A stretch of DNA of 64,000 bases. Origin: Spirochaetota bacterium (GTDB lineage Bacteria > Spirochaetota > UBA4802 > JAFGDQ01). The position numbers were made by a program, and so were the translations under genes. Position 1 is the first letter of the stretch; each line of letters starts with the position of its first letter. The stretch spans positions 256,001 through 320,000 of the forward strand of contig JAZDKB010000019.1 in NCBI GenBank assembly GCA_043803405.1, in the 5' to 3' direction. This document shows positions 9,603 to 20,539 of the stretch, in pieces. The notes under the pieces are model-generated. The model was given only the letters and a program-made list of their open reading frames with translations, made no database searches and was not told where the DNA came from.

Positions 9603-10817
9603 ATGATCAAGAATGATATAGAAAAGCTAAAAAGAGGAAGCGAAGAAATAATTCCGTTTGATGAATTTCAGAAGAAGCTGGAAAGGTCGGAACGCGAGAA
9701 TAAACCGCTTATTGTTAAAGCGGGCTTTGACCCGACTGCTCCGGACATCCACCTGGGGCACACTGTGCTTTTAAGAAAGATGAAGCAGTTCCAGGAAATG
9801 GGGCACACGGTTGTTTTCCTGATAGGCGATTTTACAGGCATGATAGGCGACCCTACGGGCAAGAGCGAAACAAGGAAAAGATTAACCAAGGAAGAAGTTC
9901 TGCAGAATGCTGAAACATATAAAAAGCAGGTCTATAAGATACTTGATCCTGAAAAGACGGTTCTGGAGTTTAACTCGTCGTGGTGCGAAAAGATGAACTT
10001 CGCAGACGTGCTGACCCTGACTTCACGCTATAATGTTGCAAGAATGCTGGAGCGCGACGATTTTTCTATGAGATACAGGGAAGGCAAACCAATATCGATT
10101 CTTGAGTTCATGTACCCGCTTGTGCAGGGTTACGATTCGGTCGCGTTAAAGGCGGACATTGAGCTTGGCGGCACTGACCAGAAGTTCAACCTCCTTGTGG
10201 GCAGGGATATTCAGAAGGAATACGGGCTTGAGCCGCAGGCAATCGTCACAACTCCTCTTCTGGTTGGGCTGGACGGCGTTCAGAAGATGAGCAAATCATT
10301 GAAGAATTACATAGGCATCAATGAACCGCCAAGAGAGATATTCGGAAAGGTAATGTCCATATCCGACGAACTTATGTTTTTGTATTACGAACTTGTTACA
10401 GATGTCCCGATGGAAGAGATCAACTCGCTCAGGGAAGGGATCAAGAACGGCGCTAAACATCCGAAGGATGTAAAGGTGAGACTCGCCAAAGAGATTTGCG
10501 CACAGTTTTACGACACAGCAACAGCGGATAAGGCGGAAGCGGAATTCAACACTATGTTCGTTAAAAAGGATCTTCCTGATGAAGTTCCGGAATACTTAAT
10601 ACCCGAAGCGGAAAAATCCGGAGGTAAAATATGGCTTATTAAACTGCTTGTGCTTGCGGGAATGGCAAAAACCAATGGCGAAGCGCGCAGGCTTATTCAG
10701 GGAGGCGGAGTTTATTTGGACAGCGAAAGAATAGACAGCGATAAATACGAGCTTCCTTTGCCGGCCGACTGTATTATGAAGGTCGGCAAAAGAAGATTTG
10801 TAAGGCTGAAAGGCTGA
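9603..10817 (+). CDS. tyrS: Tyrosine--tRNA ligase
   Basis: [26 protein letters not shown] and C-terminal S4 domain; start moved to ATG 9603. Confidence 0.97.
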   Translation: MIKNDIEKLKRGSEEIIPFDEFQKKLERSERENKPLIVKAGFDPTAPDIHLGHTVLLRKMKQFQEMGHTVVFLIGDFTGMIGDPTGKSETRKRLTKEEVLQNAETYKKQVYKILDPEKTVLEFNSSWCEKMNFADVLTLTSRYNVARMLERDDFSMRYREGKPISILEFMYPLVQGYDSVALKADIELGGTDQKFNLLVGRDIQKEYGLEPQAIVTTPLLVGLDGVQKMSKSLKNYIGINEPPREIFGKVMSISDELMFLYYELVTDVPMEEINSLREGIKNGAKHPKDVKVRLAKEICAQFYDTATADKAEAEFNTMFVKKDLPDEVPEYLIPEAEKSGGKIWLIKLLVLAGMAKTNGEARRLIQGGGVYLDSERIDSDKYELPLPADCIMKVGKRRFVRLKG

Positions 10818-10827
10818 TAGATTTAGT

Positions 10828-11394
10828 TTATTTCCTGGGTTTACTTTTGGAAGCAGTTTTGGTTTTATTCTTCTTCATTAAAAATTCGATTGTATCTTTA
10901 AGCTCGGCATGGAATTGTTTTAGTTCGTCGTTTTGTCTAAGCGGCCGTGCTACAGGGTTCTTTCCTTCTCTTACCTCCTTGAGATAATTCGCCATTACAT
11001 AAAGAGGTCCAGAAATTCTGTGCGTTATTAGAATAAATATTAAAAAGATAATAACTGACTGAATGATTATCATAGCAATGATAAAATGGAGCACTACCTC
11101 GCTGTTCCTTTTTATTTCCACCAGCATCCCGATATTGTTCTTAAACGTGTTTTCCGCTCCCTGCACCACGGGATTATTAGAATTTACGAGAGCTGGCGTT
11201 GTTAAAAACATCTCCATCATCTGATCCTGGGTCTTAACGATTGAGTTTATATAATTACTGTTCTTCCCGGCAAAGTAAAGCAGAACGCATCCTAAAACAA
11301 ACACAGTCAGGAGCGAAATTGCAACAGCTTTAATTGAAATCTTCAGCTGTAATTTTTTATCGATAACGTATTGTTTCCTTTTAAAAATAGCCAT
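10828..11394 (-). CDS. Two-TM membrane protein with HAMP-like segment and basic C-terminal tail
   Basis: RKQYVIDKKLQ, THRISGPLY...LRQNDEL; start at ATG 11394 (GAGG upstream). Confidence 0.7.
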   Translation of the reverse strand: MAIFKRKQYVIDKKLQLKISIKAVAISLLTVFVLGCVLLYFAGKNSNYINSIVKTQDQMMEMFLTTPALVNSNNPVVQGAENTFKNNIGMLVEIKRNSEVVLHFIIAMIIIQSVIIFLIFILITHRISGPLYVMANYLKEVREGKNPVARPLRQNDELKQFHAELKDTIEFLMKKNKTKTASKSKPRK

Positions 11395-11640
11395 CTTTAA
11401 CCTCGTAGTATTTATTATTATGATTTTGTCTGCTGCATTTTCCATTTGCGGAAGCATTATAATAAATTAGACTATAACACCTCTATTATTTAGTCAATAA
11501 TTTTTGATTGCATAATTTATATTATTTATCTATAAACAGCCAGTTCGCATAAATATTAATATGAGGAATTTATTAAATCGTAATTAAGTTAAAGATATAA
11601 TTAATAATTCTCAATCTGCTGAAATTAATACTAAGGGAAA

Positions 11641-13791
11641 TTGAAATTTATGATATTTATAAACATAATAAGTCCGCTGGTTGCAGCTATTTTCCTGTTA
11701 GTAATTTCCTTTTTTGTTATTGTAAAAGACTGGAGATCGCAGCTGACCAAGTATTATATTTATTATAATATTTCGAGTATCGGCCTTCTTCTTACATTGT
11801 TTTTAACTTATGCTTACCCCGAGTATTTTGATCTTACATTGTTGAATAAAATTACGCAGATGTTTGCCGTAATTTTCTTCGGCAGTTTTTTTGCCGTGTC
11901 GATTGTATACCCGAAATCCGAATCCGGATATTCGTTTCTAAAAGTGATTTTAATGCTTTTTCCGTCGTTCATTGCAGGAGCCGTCATTGTTGCTACAAAT
12001 ATTACAATTTCCAAAGCGTACTTCGAAAACGATATATTGATCCGCGAGTTCACTCCTTATTATAAATACTATGCTGTGCTTGTATTTATGTATTTATTCG
12101 CAGGCATTATTAATTTTATCCGGAAATATATTAAGATCAAGATCCGTATTTATAAACTGCAAATGCGCTATGTATTTATAGGAGTTTCAGTGGCGCTTGT
12201 ATTCGCAATATTTTTCTCGATTATACTGCCGCTGGTTTTTAATAATTCCGCGCTCTATACGGTAGGCCCGGCTTTAGGAGGATTTATTTCGGCTGTGGCT
12301 CTTTTTTACGCAGTAATCGCCTATGATCTGATGGGAATAAGGATAGCTGTTCTCAGATCGGTGATCTATGTCATACAGTCAATACTGATAATTGCACCGA
12401 TTGCGGCTATTATGATTTTGTATCACAATAAATCATTCATTTTCAGCGAAACACCGTCATACCTTATATCCGCAATAATCGTTTTAATATTCATCGTTTT
12501 TTCCATTAATATACAGCCTTTTTTAGACAGGATATTACAGAGGCCGCGTTATGCCTTTGAAAAATTATTAAATAATTTAATCAGGGAAATACAGTATATC
12601 AAGAATGTTGAAGAAGTTGTAACAAGGGTAGTGGATATTTTACACGGATCCGTTTTTATTAAAAATATTTTTGCGATGCTGCTTAACAGGAATACGAAAA
12701 ATTTTGAATTGTTTTATTTTAAAGGTCAGAATCCGGATATTAAACCGATAGATATTAACTCTCAGGTTATAAGATGGTTTGTCCGCTATAATATGCCGCT
12801 TAATATGGATAAAATATATATTGAGGAAGAAATTTACGGCGAAATAAGAGAAGATATTTTAAATTTATTTCGCGGACTGGATGTAAAAATAATTCTTCCC
12901 TTGTTTAATGATAAACAGATTACAGGACTGGTCTGTCTAGGAGAAAAAAGCTCAATGGCTTCGTATAAGTCCGATGAAATTGCAATACTCCGGCAGTTTA
13001 ATAATGAAAGCAACGTCTACATAACAAACGCTATTGATCACGAGGAATGGAGCAAGGGACAGCTTGTAAGCGGCATTCTTGACCTGTCGTCCGAGATTTT
13101 ATCCAAAGCTGTACCTGTTAATCTCCCGAAAATTCCGGAGATCCTGTTCGGCGCGTTTTATATTCCGCGATACAGGGAAGGCATTGATTATTTTGATTTT
13201 ATTACCCCGACAAATATAGGCGCAGGCGTGATCGCAACCGATATCTCCGGGCGCGGCATAAACAATGCCCTGTACTCTGTAATCCTCAGATCGGCCTTCC
13301 ATTCCTGTATTGAAGATGCCCATTCGACATACACAATTATGCAGAAATTAAACAGGGCGCTGTTCACTTATGCTAAGGATGAAGGCGGTATTGTTAAGGC
13401 TTATTATTTTTATTATAATATTTACACAATGAGGCTGATATACACCAATGCCGGTTTTCAGCCTCTTGAGATTTACAGGGTCGAAAAAAATATTTATGAA
13501 TCAATGGATACCGAAGGATTCCCGCTCGGCACCGATATTTCAACAAACTACGGAATGGGAAGAACCAACTTACTGGTCGGTGATATAGGTTTTTTGTACT
13601 CAAGATCATTTATAGAATCCAAAAATCAGAAAGGTGAAAAATTTGGATTGACACAATTACGCAAAATTATAAAGGAAAACAGACGCAGACACCCGTCTGA
13701 AATTACAAGCATATTAAAAGAAGAATATCATACTTTTATGGGATTATCATCACCCGAATCTAATGTGCTTGTTATTATTTTTAAAGTTTAA
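11641..13791 (+). CDS. Multi-TM sensor + GAF + SpoIIE/PP2C-like domain protein (catalytic motifs degenerate)
   Basis: Many TM helices, ILPL...GLVCLGEK GAF, DYFDF, DISGRG, YTNAG and GEKFG. Confidence 0.8.
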   Translation: MKFMIFINIISPLVAAIFLLVISFFVIVKDWRSQLTKYYIYYNISSIGLLLTLFLTYAYPEYFDLTLLNKITQMFAVIFFGSFFAVSIVYPKSESGYSFLKVILMLFPSFIAGAVIVATNITISKAYFENDILIREFTPYYKYYAVLVFMYLFAGIINFIRKYIKIKIRIYKLQMRYVFIGVSVALVFAIFFSIILPLVFNNSALYTVGPALGGFISAVALFYAVIAYDLMGIRIAVLRSVIYVIQSILIIAPIAAIMILYHNKSFIFSETPSYLISAIIVLIFIVFSINIQPFLDRILQRPRYAFEKLLNNLIREIQYIKNVEEVVTRVVDILHGSVFIKNIFAMLLNRNTKNFELFYFKGQNPDIKPIDINSQVIRWFVRYNMPLNMDKIYIEEEIYGEIREDILNLFRGLDVKIILPLFNDKQITGLVCLGEKSSMASYKSDEIAILRQFNNESNVYITNAIDHEEWSKGQLVSGILDLSSEILSKAVPVNLPKIPEILFGAFYIPRYREGIDYFDFITPTNIGAGVIATDISGRGINNALYSVILRSAFHSCIEDAHSTYTIMQKLNRALFTYAKDEGGIVKAYYFYYNIYTMRLIYTNAGFQPLEIYRVEKNIYESMDTEGFPLGTDISTNYGMGRTNLLVGDIGFLYSRSFIESKNQKGEKFGLTQLRKIIKENRRRHPSEITSILKEEYHTFMGLSSPESNVLVIIFKV

Positions 13792-13881
13792 TATAAAGAT
13801 ATTTTTAGATAGAACCTGTCTTAACTATATTGACTTATATGAGTAAAAAAAATAAAATGAACTATATTACAGGAGCATAAA

Positions 13882-15042
13882 ATGTATAAAATCCAGACAC
13901 TGAATAAAATTTCCTCCAACGGACTCGATCTGTTGTCACATGAACAATATGAATATGCTTCCGAAATTATGCATCCTGATGCAATACTTGTGCGAAGCCA
14001 GCAGATGAGTGCGGCGGATTTGCCTAAATCACTGACTGCAGTTGCACGCGCAGGCGCGGGCGTTAACAATATACCGGTAGATGAATGCTCGGAGCGCGGG
14101 ATAGTCGTTTTCAACACTCCGGGAGCAAATGCGAACGGGGTTAAGGAGCTTGTTATGGCGGGCCTTTTATTATCTTCCAGAAAAATTTTCGAAGGAATAA
14201 CATGGGCTAAAACGCTTACAAAGGAAGCTGATGCGGCAAAGACGATAGAGAAGGGCAAATCTAACTATGAAGGGCCGGAGATTCTGGGAAAGAAACTGGG
14301 CGTAATAGGCTTAGGGGCGATAGGAGTAAAGGTTGCAAATGCGGCATTCGATCTGGGTATGGAAGTTGTGGCATACGATCCTTTTATTTCAATTGAAGCG
14401 GCGTGGGGGGTTTCAAGGTATGTTAAAAAAGCAGTAAGCCTTGACAGCCTTATTTCTGTTTCGGATTACATTACTCTGCATTGCCCTCTTAATAAGGATA
14501 CAAAGGAATTTATTAATAAAAGTAAATTTGCAATAATGAAAAAAGGAGTAAGGCTGGTTAATTTTGCCCGCGGCGAGCTTGTAAACAATGCAGATCTGAT
14601 GGACGCGATAAAAAATGGCATTGTCGCAAAATATGTAACTGATTTCCCAAACAACGATCTCCTTGCTGCGGAAAATATAATTCCGATACCGCATCTAGGC
14701 GCTTCCACTCCGGAATCCGAAGAGAACTGCGCTATTATGGCAGTAAATCAGCTTCGGGATTTTCTTGAAAACGGGAATATTATTAACTCTGTAAATTACC
14801 CGGAATGCGTTCTCGCAGCTACAGGAGCAAAGCGCATCACAGTTGCGAACAGAAATGTTCCCAACATGATAGGCCAGATAACCCAGATTCTTGCCAATCA
14901 TAAGATAAACATAGCAGATATGCTTAATAAAAGCAAAGGCAATTACGCTTATAATATCATTGATGTTGACGGCAATATCAGCGAAGATGTGCTCAAAGAA
15001 ATAAAAAATATCAAAGATGTTATTATGGTCAGGGTTCTGTAA
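13882..15042 (+). CDS. serA: D-3-phosphoglycerate dehydrogenase
   Basis: ARAGAGVNNIP, GLGAIG, NFARG, PHLGAST and C-terminal ACT domain. Confidence 0.9.
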   Translation: MYKIQTLNKISSNGLDLLSHEQYEYASEIMHPDAILVRSQQMSAADLPKSLTAVARAGAGVNNIPVDECSERGIVVFNTPGANANGVKELVMAGLLLSSRKIFEGITWAKTLTKEADAAKTIEKGKSNYEGPEILGKKLGVIGLGAIGVKVANAAFDLGMEVVAYDPFISIEAAWGVSRYVKKAVSLDSLISVSDYITLHCPLNKDTKEFINKSKFAIMKKGVRLVNFARGELVNNADLMDAIKNGIVAKYVTDFPNNDLLAAENIIPIPHLGASTPESEENCAIMAVNQLRDFLENGNIINSVNYPECVLAATGAKRITVANRNVPNMIGQITQILANHKINIADMLNKSKGNYAYNIIDVDGNISEDVLKEIKNIKDVIMVRVL

Positions 15043-15054
15043 ATATAAAATATA

Positions 15055-15672
15055 ATGCACATATCTTTTATAATTTCCATATTCTTTACCCTTTTTATTG
15101 CAGTTGATCCTTTCGGATTGATCCCGATATTCATTATATTTATCACGAAATACGACGCTGCCGAACGCAGAAGAATAATATTCAAAGCAATTATTACGTC
15201 TATTGTAGTTTCAGTTTTTTTTATTTTCCTCGGCAGATTTATTCTATTATATCTCGGCATTTCTCAGGAAGCATTTTTAATTTCCGGCGGCATACTTTTG
15301 TTTTTGATCTCGATGGACCTGATACTGGCCAGGCCTTCGCGCACAAAAATTATGCACGATAATATCGAAGATGTTGAAAAGGAAGATGTGTCGGTTTCCC
15401 CGCTTGCCATACCGATGATATCCGGCCCCGGTACCATTGCGGCTCTTATGATGTTCAGCTCCCAGGTGAAGGATGAGCCGTATATGCTGATCATTATTAC
15501 GTTAATTGCGTTTTTTGTCCTTCTCATCACAATGATAGTTATGTTTTTATCTTCGCATATTGAAAAAGTTCTGGGCAGAACAGGCATATCCGTTATCCAG
15601 AGGATTATGGGGCTTATCCTTTCTGCGCTTGCTGTGCAATTTATTGTTAACGGCATAAAACAAATATTTTAA
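15055..15672 (+). CDS. MarC family membrane protein
   Basis: DPFG..P.F, PLAIPMISGPG and RIMGLIL motifs. Confidence 0.9.
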   Translation: MHISFIISIFFTLFIAVDPFGLIPIFIIFITKYDAAERRRIIFKAIITSIVVSVFFIFLGRFILLYLGISQEAFLISGGILLFLISMDLILARPSRTKIMHDNIEDVEKEDVSVSPLAIPMISGPGTIAALMMFSSQVKDEPYMLIIITLIAFFVLLITMIVMFLSSHIEKVLGRTGISVIQRIMGLILSALAVQFIVNGIKQIF

Positions 15673-15692
15673 ATTCATACATGGAGACCTTG

Positions 15693-17039
15693 ATGAAAAA
15701 ATATTTCTTTTTGATATTAGCTGCTTTTTTATTTATTACAGCATGCGGTAACAAACAAGCGGCCATAGTTAACGGGATAATTATTTACGAGAATGAGGTG
15801 CTTGAAGGGATAAAAGATATGAGCCCGGAAACAATCGAAAGACTGGGGAAAGAGAATGTTAAACAGAATATTCTTGACGGGTTAGTTGAAAGACAACTGC
15901 TGCTTTGTAAAATCAAGGAAGAAAATTACGGCAAAAGCGAAAAGATCCAGAAATTGTGGATCCCCTATAAAAAAGAAATAACCATTAAATATTTTCTAAA
16001 TACATATCTCCCTGACACTAAGCCACTGTCAGGCTCCCTCATAAAAGATGAATATAACAAGAAAAAGGAAATGTTTAAAATCGAAGGCCAGGTACATGTA
16101 AGGCATATTCTTATCAGGACGGGAAACGGATATCATTCGGAGCAGGAAGCTCTGAATAAAATTACATCTATTGCAGGCGAATTGAAAAAGAACGGCAGCA
16201 ATTTTGCAGAACTGGCAAAAAAATATTCGGAGTGTCCTTCAAAGGAGCAGGGCGGCGATCTCAGCTTTATTACACGCGGCCAGATGGTTAAACCTTTCGA
16301 AGACGCTGCGTTCGCCCTGAAAAAGGGAGAAGTCACGGGCAAGCCTGTGAAGACAGTTTACGGCTATCATTTGATTTATGCTGAAGATGTTAAACCTGCA
16401 TCATATACGCCTTTAGCGGAAGTAAAAAAATATATAATGCCCGGAATATATATAGCTGAAATGGAAAAAGAATACGGGCTGACCATATACCCGGAAAAAG
16501 ACAAGGATGCCAATATAGGAGAAATTAAAAAGCTCAATTATAAATACAATCAGAAATCTTTTCGGGATGATCTTGAAATGCTTATAGGAAAAGCAGAGGC
16601 TTCAAATTACACCCGCAACAACCAGGAGATAATGAAAGCAGCCAAAGAGTTAATGTATTTGAAAATATTTGAAGATAAAATGAAGAACATCAATATGGAA
16701 AAAAGCGAGAATTATCAGAAATATTTCAATAAGGCTTATGACGAATTTCTTTCGAGCAATTATGTTGAAAATGTAGTGTTTAAAGATGTTACGGTCACGG
16801 ACGCCGAAGTACGGCAAATTTACAGAACGAGTATTTCGTCGGAAATGCTTGTCCGGCAGTATGGGCCGAAGTTCGGGAGCGATGCTTCGTACAGGAGGCA
16901 GTTAGAGTCCGAAGTAATACTGCCGGGCATCAAGCGCCAGCTGATCGATCAGAAAAAGACCGATCTTTACACCGGCACAATAGACGAATTAAAAAAGAAA
17001 TATCCTGTTGAGATAAAGATAAAATACAAGACGACATAG
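15693..17039 (+). CDS. Parvulin/PpiC-type peptidyl-prolyl isomerase lipoprotein (PrsA/SurA-like)
   Basis: Lipobox FITAC, VRHIL, FAELAKKYS..PSKEQGGDL, MVKPFEDAAF and YGYHLI. Confidence 0.88.
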   Translation: MKKYFFLILAAFLFITACGNKQAAIVNGIIIYENEVLEGIKDMSPETIERLGKENVKQNILDGLVERQLLLCKIKEENYGKSEKIQKLWIPYKKEITIKYFLNTYLPDTKPLSGSLIKDEYNKKKEMFKIEGQVHVRHILIRTGNGYHSEQEALNKITSIAGELKKNGSNFAELAKKYSECPSKEQGGDLSFITRGQMVKPFEDAAFALKKGEVTGKPVKTVYGYHLIYAEDVKPASYTPLAEVKKYIMPGIYIAEMEKEYGLTIYPEKDKDANIGEIKKLNYKYNQKSFRDDLEMLIGKAEASNYTRNNQEIMKAAKELMYLKIFEDKMKNINMEKSENYQKYFNKAYDEFLSSNYVENVVFKDVTVTDAEVRQIYRTSISSEMLVRQYGPKFGSDASYRRQLESEVILPGIKRQLIDQKKTDLYTGTIDELKKKYPVEIKIKYKTT

Positions 17040-17138
17040 AAATCTAACATTCGGTTGATACAATTATCATAAAGAATAATTACAGTGAGGTTTTTTATGC
17101 CCTCACCCCTTGATCCCCTCTAAAAAATATTTTTTTAT

Positions 17139-18965
17139 CTATTTGTTTTTATGAAAGAACTCGTATATTATTTGCGCGCTTTTTTTGCCTATGCCGGGCA
17201 AAGCGAACAGCTCTTCCAGAGAAGCTGCTTTTATTTTTTCTACGGATCCTAAATGTTTTAATAATAGCTTCTTTCTTTTTTCCCCGATGTCAGGTATATC
17301 ATCAATAATCGATTTTTTGAAATCCTTCGCCCTTATTTTTTTATGATATTCAATCGCAAACCTGTGCGCTTCATCGCGTATGTTTTGAATTATTTTTAAA
17401 GCAGGCGATGTTTTATCGAGAACTATGGGTTCTGCCGAATGTTCCGTAAACAGTTCTTCAAAGCGCTTCGCGATTGCTGCGACAGCCACATCAGCGCCGA
17501 GCGCATTTTTTACTTCGAGCGCCCTGCCGAGCTGACCCTTGCCGCCGTCTACTAAAATCAGGTCGGGCATTTGCTTTTCTTCGTTAAGAATATGCTGCAA
17601 CCTTCGTGCAACTGCTTCATGAATCATGGCCGGGTCGTTTGGCGAATCGTACGCTTTTATCCTGTACCTTCTGTAATTTGACTTGTCCGGCGCTCCTTCT
17701 TTAAAGCGAACCATGGAGGCAACCGCGTTCCTGCCCTGAAGGTTGGAGATATCGAAACATTCTATAATTGCAGGCAGGGATTTTAGCGAAAGAACCTCCT
17801 TAAGCTCCAGCAGCCCTCTGCTTTTATCGCGGCTCATCTGTTCAGAGAGCCTGTCTGCGGCAATAACATCAAGGTTTCTTTGAATCATTCTGATAATGCC
17901 GTTGTCTTCCGTTGTTTTAGAAACAGATAACTTTACTTTTTTTGAGCTCAGTTTCGATAAATATTCTTCAACAAGTTCTTTATCCTTGATTTTATACTGG
18001 GAAATAATTCTGGGCGGAGGCTGCATATTTTTATAATAATCAATAATAAATGATTTTATTATTTCTTCTTTGCCGGAAAAGTCGATGTTTTCAAAAACAG
18101 AGATTTTTCTGCCAAGCAGCACGCCGTTCCGGAATTCAAAAATATTTATTATCGCTTCTTTCTCATGAATTAGCAGGCCGATGTAATCCTTGTCTGTTCC
18201 TATAGGAGTGTAAACTTTTTGAGTTTCCGATATTTTACGGACATCGAAAATAATATCCCTTATCCTTGCAGCGTTCTCGTATTCCTGCGCTTCTGAGTAC
18301 TTTGCCATCAGATCATTCAGCTCATTCATTACTGGCTGTATTTTCCCTTCCAGAAAACTAATGGCATTCTCAACGATCTTCAAGTATTCTTCCCGCCTAA
18401 TGCTCCCGCTACACAGGCCGCTGCATTTCTCCATTTGAAAGTTGAGGCATGGCCTTTCGTTTGTTTTTAAAGGCAGCTCCTTTTTACAGAGCCGGAGTTT
18501 GAATATGGCATTGATCGTAGCTACAATTGACCTTGCAGCCGAGGCATCGGTATACGGTCCGAAAAACCGGTCGCTGTTTTGTAAAAGCCTGCGGGTGATT
18601 ATAACACGCGGGTATACTTCGCTGAGTGTAACAGCGATGTACGGGTATCTTTTATCATCCTTAAGCCTTATGTTGTATTTGGGTTTGTATTTTTTTATTA
18701 ATGTGCTTTCGAGAATAAGCGCTTCTATTTCGGAATCCGTTATTACGTATTCAAAATCGTCTATATTACGGACAAGTATTCTTAATTTGGGATCGCTGTT
18801 GAATTTTTGAGCTGTAGTCTGAAAATATGAAGATACCCTTTTTTTTAGAGAAGCAGCTTTACCGACATATATTATATTGCCGGCGGAATCTTTCATGAGA
18901 TACACTCCGGGATCTACCGGAGCATCTGCGGCTTTATTTTTTAATTTCAGGAGAGGATTGTGCAT
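17139..18965 (-). CDS. uvrC: Excinuclease ABC subunit C
   Basis: PGVYLM..IIYVGKA GIY-YIG, ECFDISN, DGGKGQL, RDEAHRFA and HhH. Confidence 0.97.
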   Translation of the reverse strand: MHNPLLKLKNKAADAPVDPGVYLMKDSAGNIIYVGKAASLKKRVSSYFQTTAQKFNSDPKLRILVRNIDDFEYVITDSEIEALILESTLIKKYKPKYNIRLKDDKRYPYIAVTLSEVYPRVIITRRLLQNSDRFFGPYTDASAARSIVATINAIFKLRLCKKELPLKTNERPCLNFQMEKCSGLCSGSIRREEYLKIVENAISFLEGKIQPVMNELNDLMAKYSEAQEYENAARIRDIIFDVRKISETQKVYTPIGTDKDYIGLLIHEKEAIINIFEFRNGVLLGRKISVFENIDFSGKEEIIKSFIIDYYKNMQPPPRIISQYKIKDKELVEEYLSKLSSKKVKLSVSKTTEDNGIIRMIQRNLDVIAADRLSEQMSRDKSRGLLELKEVLSLKSLPAIIECFDISNLQGRNAVASMVRFKEGAPDKSNYRRYRIKAYDSPNDPAMIHEAVARRLQHILNEEKQMPDLILVDGGKGQLGRALEVKNALGADVAVAAIAKRFEELFTEHSAEPIVLDKTSPALKIIQNIRDEAHRFAIEYHKKIRAKDFKKSIIDDIPDIGEKRKKLLLKHLGSVEKIKAASLEELFALPGIGKKSAQIIYEFFHKNK

Positions 18966-20043
18966 TTTTTTTCTGCGATTCCTGCAGCCTTTTTACTTTC
19001 GTGATGTAGTCGAGCGTAATTTCATGTCCCGGGTTGATTTCCAGCGCTTTATTGAACATATTTATGGAAAGATCGAACTCTTTGTTCTTTGCATACGCGA
19101 CACCAAGATTAAAGCTGCTGCCGAATGCATTCGGCCTTGTAATTGTAAGCGTCTTGAAAACAGCTATGGCATCGCTGATGTTTTGTTCTTTAAGGAATTT
19201 AACGCCCTGTTTAAACAGTTCCCCTGTGAAATCTTTTTTTAATTTCAGCTCGGAAAATATACCATTAAAGGAATAAGCGAGCTCGTTAAGATCGTCATCT
19301 TTTACCGGCCCAAGTCCGGCATCAAGCGAGCCTTCGGCGGCTTTTTTTAAATGGCCGGAAAGATTTTTAATAAGCATTGAAAAGTTATAATTAAAAAGCA
19401 AAGTTGTTATTATCACAATAATTACTGCGCAACCGGCTATTATTATTGAGAATCTTTTAATATTATTTATTTTTTCGGAATACTCATTCATTGTGTTTAT
19501 TACTTCCGAACTGGAAACAATAAATTCAATAACATAGTCATAGGAATTAATTTTAAAAGGATGATAAACGGTTTTATAATAGATATTATTTGAGAAATAA
19601 ACGGCAGGATCAATTACCGGTTTTAGCAGTCCCGCTTTCAGGTAATTGATTTCTTTTCTTTCCTGTACGGATTCATTGCTTTCTGCCTGTATTTTTATCA
19701 ACGGATTTAAAGATATCTTCTTCTGGATCCTGAAATAATTTTCATCTGCTGTTTTTGAAAATATTATAATATATAAATAATCGCTGTCCCTTGAACAGTA
19801 TTTTTTGAGCTTTTTGGAGAGCTCTTTAAGGTTCTTGACATCATCAGATATTCCTTCCGCAGCAAGACTTGCCTTTTTTAAAAAATACGAGTCATTGTTT
19901 TTTAATACTATTTCTTTTAAAATGTTTGAATTTATTTTTAGGATATAAAAAAAAGAAAGAACTATTAATATAATTATAACAGAATAAACTACGGAAATTG
20001 TCAGGACAAATCTTGTGGATACGGCAGACCTTCTTTTCAGCAT
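18934..20043 (-). CDS. Membrane protein with periplasmic domain, HAMP and TPR repeats
   Basis: Two TM helices, DDLNELAYSFN HAMP, FNLGVAY...KALEINP TPR; start may be TTG 20067. Confidence 0.75.
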   Translation of the reverse strand: MLKRRSAVSTRFVLTISVVYSVIIILIVLSFFYILKINSNILKEIVLKNNDSYFLKKASLAAEGISDDVKNLKELSKKLKKYCSRDSDYLYIIIFSKTADENYFRIQKKISLNPLIKIQAESNESVQERKEINYLKAGLLKPVIDPAVYFSNNIYYKTVYHPFKINSYDYVIEFIVSSSEVINTMNEYSEKINNIKRFSIIIAGCAVIIVIITTLLFNYNFSMLIKNLSGHLKKAAEGSLDAGLGPVKDDDLNELAYSFNGIFSELKLKKDFTGELFKQGVKFLKEQNISDAIAVFKTLTITRPNAFGSSFNLGVAYAKNKEFDLSINMFNKALEINPGHEITLDYITKVKRLQESQKKNAQSSPEIKK

Positions 20044-20084
20044 AAATTCTATCCTGTGCAGGACCAATATATTTATTTTTACCT

Positions 20085-20153
20085 GAACTCAAAAATAACC
20101 GGCGCCTTAAAAATTTGTCAAATTTAAAGATCGTAATTTTGAGATGAGTTCTA
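20085..20153. repeat. Short member of the ACTCATC/GATGAGT palindromic repeat family
   Basis: GAACTCAAAA...AGATCGTAATTTTGAGATGAGTTCTA. Confidence 0.6.
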
Positions 20154-20539
20154 TTACAGGCAAAATAGTGAAAATTCTTTGTATATAAGACAAGCAAAAT
20201 AATCGGCCGGCGAAATAGCTTGTCAGATACAATTTACTCGTTCAATTCAGAACAAAATGACGTATTAATTGCAAGTAGAATAGCTTTTCATTATAATTGT
20301 TTTCTATTTTTTTTTAAAAAAGGATTGATAAAAACCGGTATTTTCTTTGTAGTTCCAACAAATATTGACTAATCTTAATATAGAAGAGAAAGTTATTATA
20401 TCTCCGATAAAAACTTGGGGGTTTATTCCCTGCCAGCGGCTCGGGATGTCCGGTTTTATAATAACTTTTAAATTTATTTAAGTATCAATTAACATAATAC
20501 ATTTTATGTTCAATAGGTCTACTATAAGGGAGAATAATT

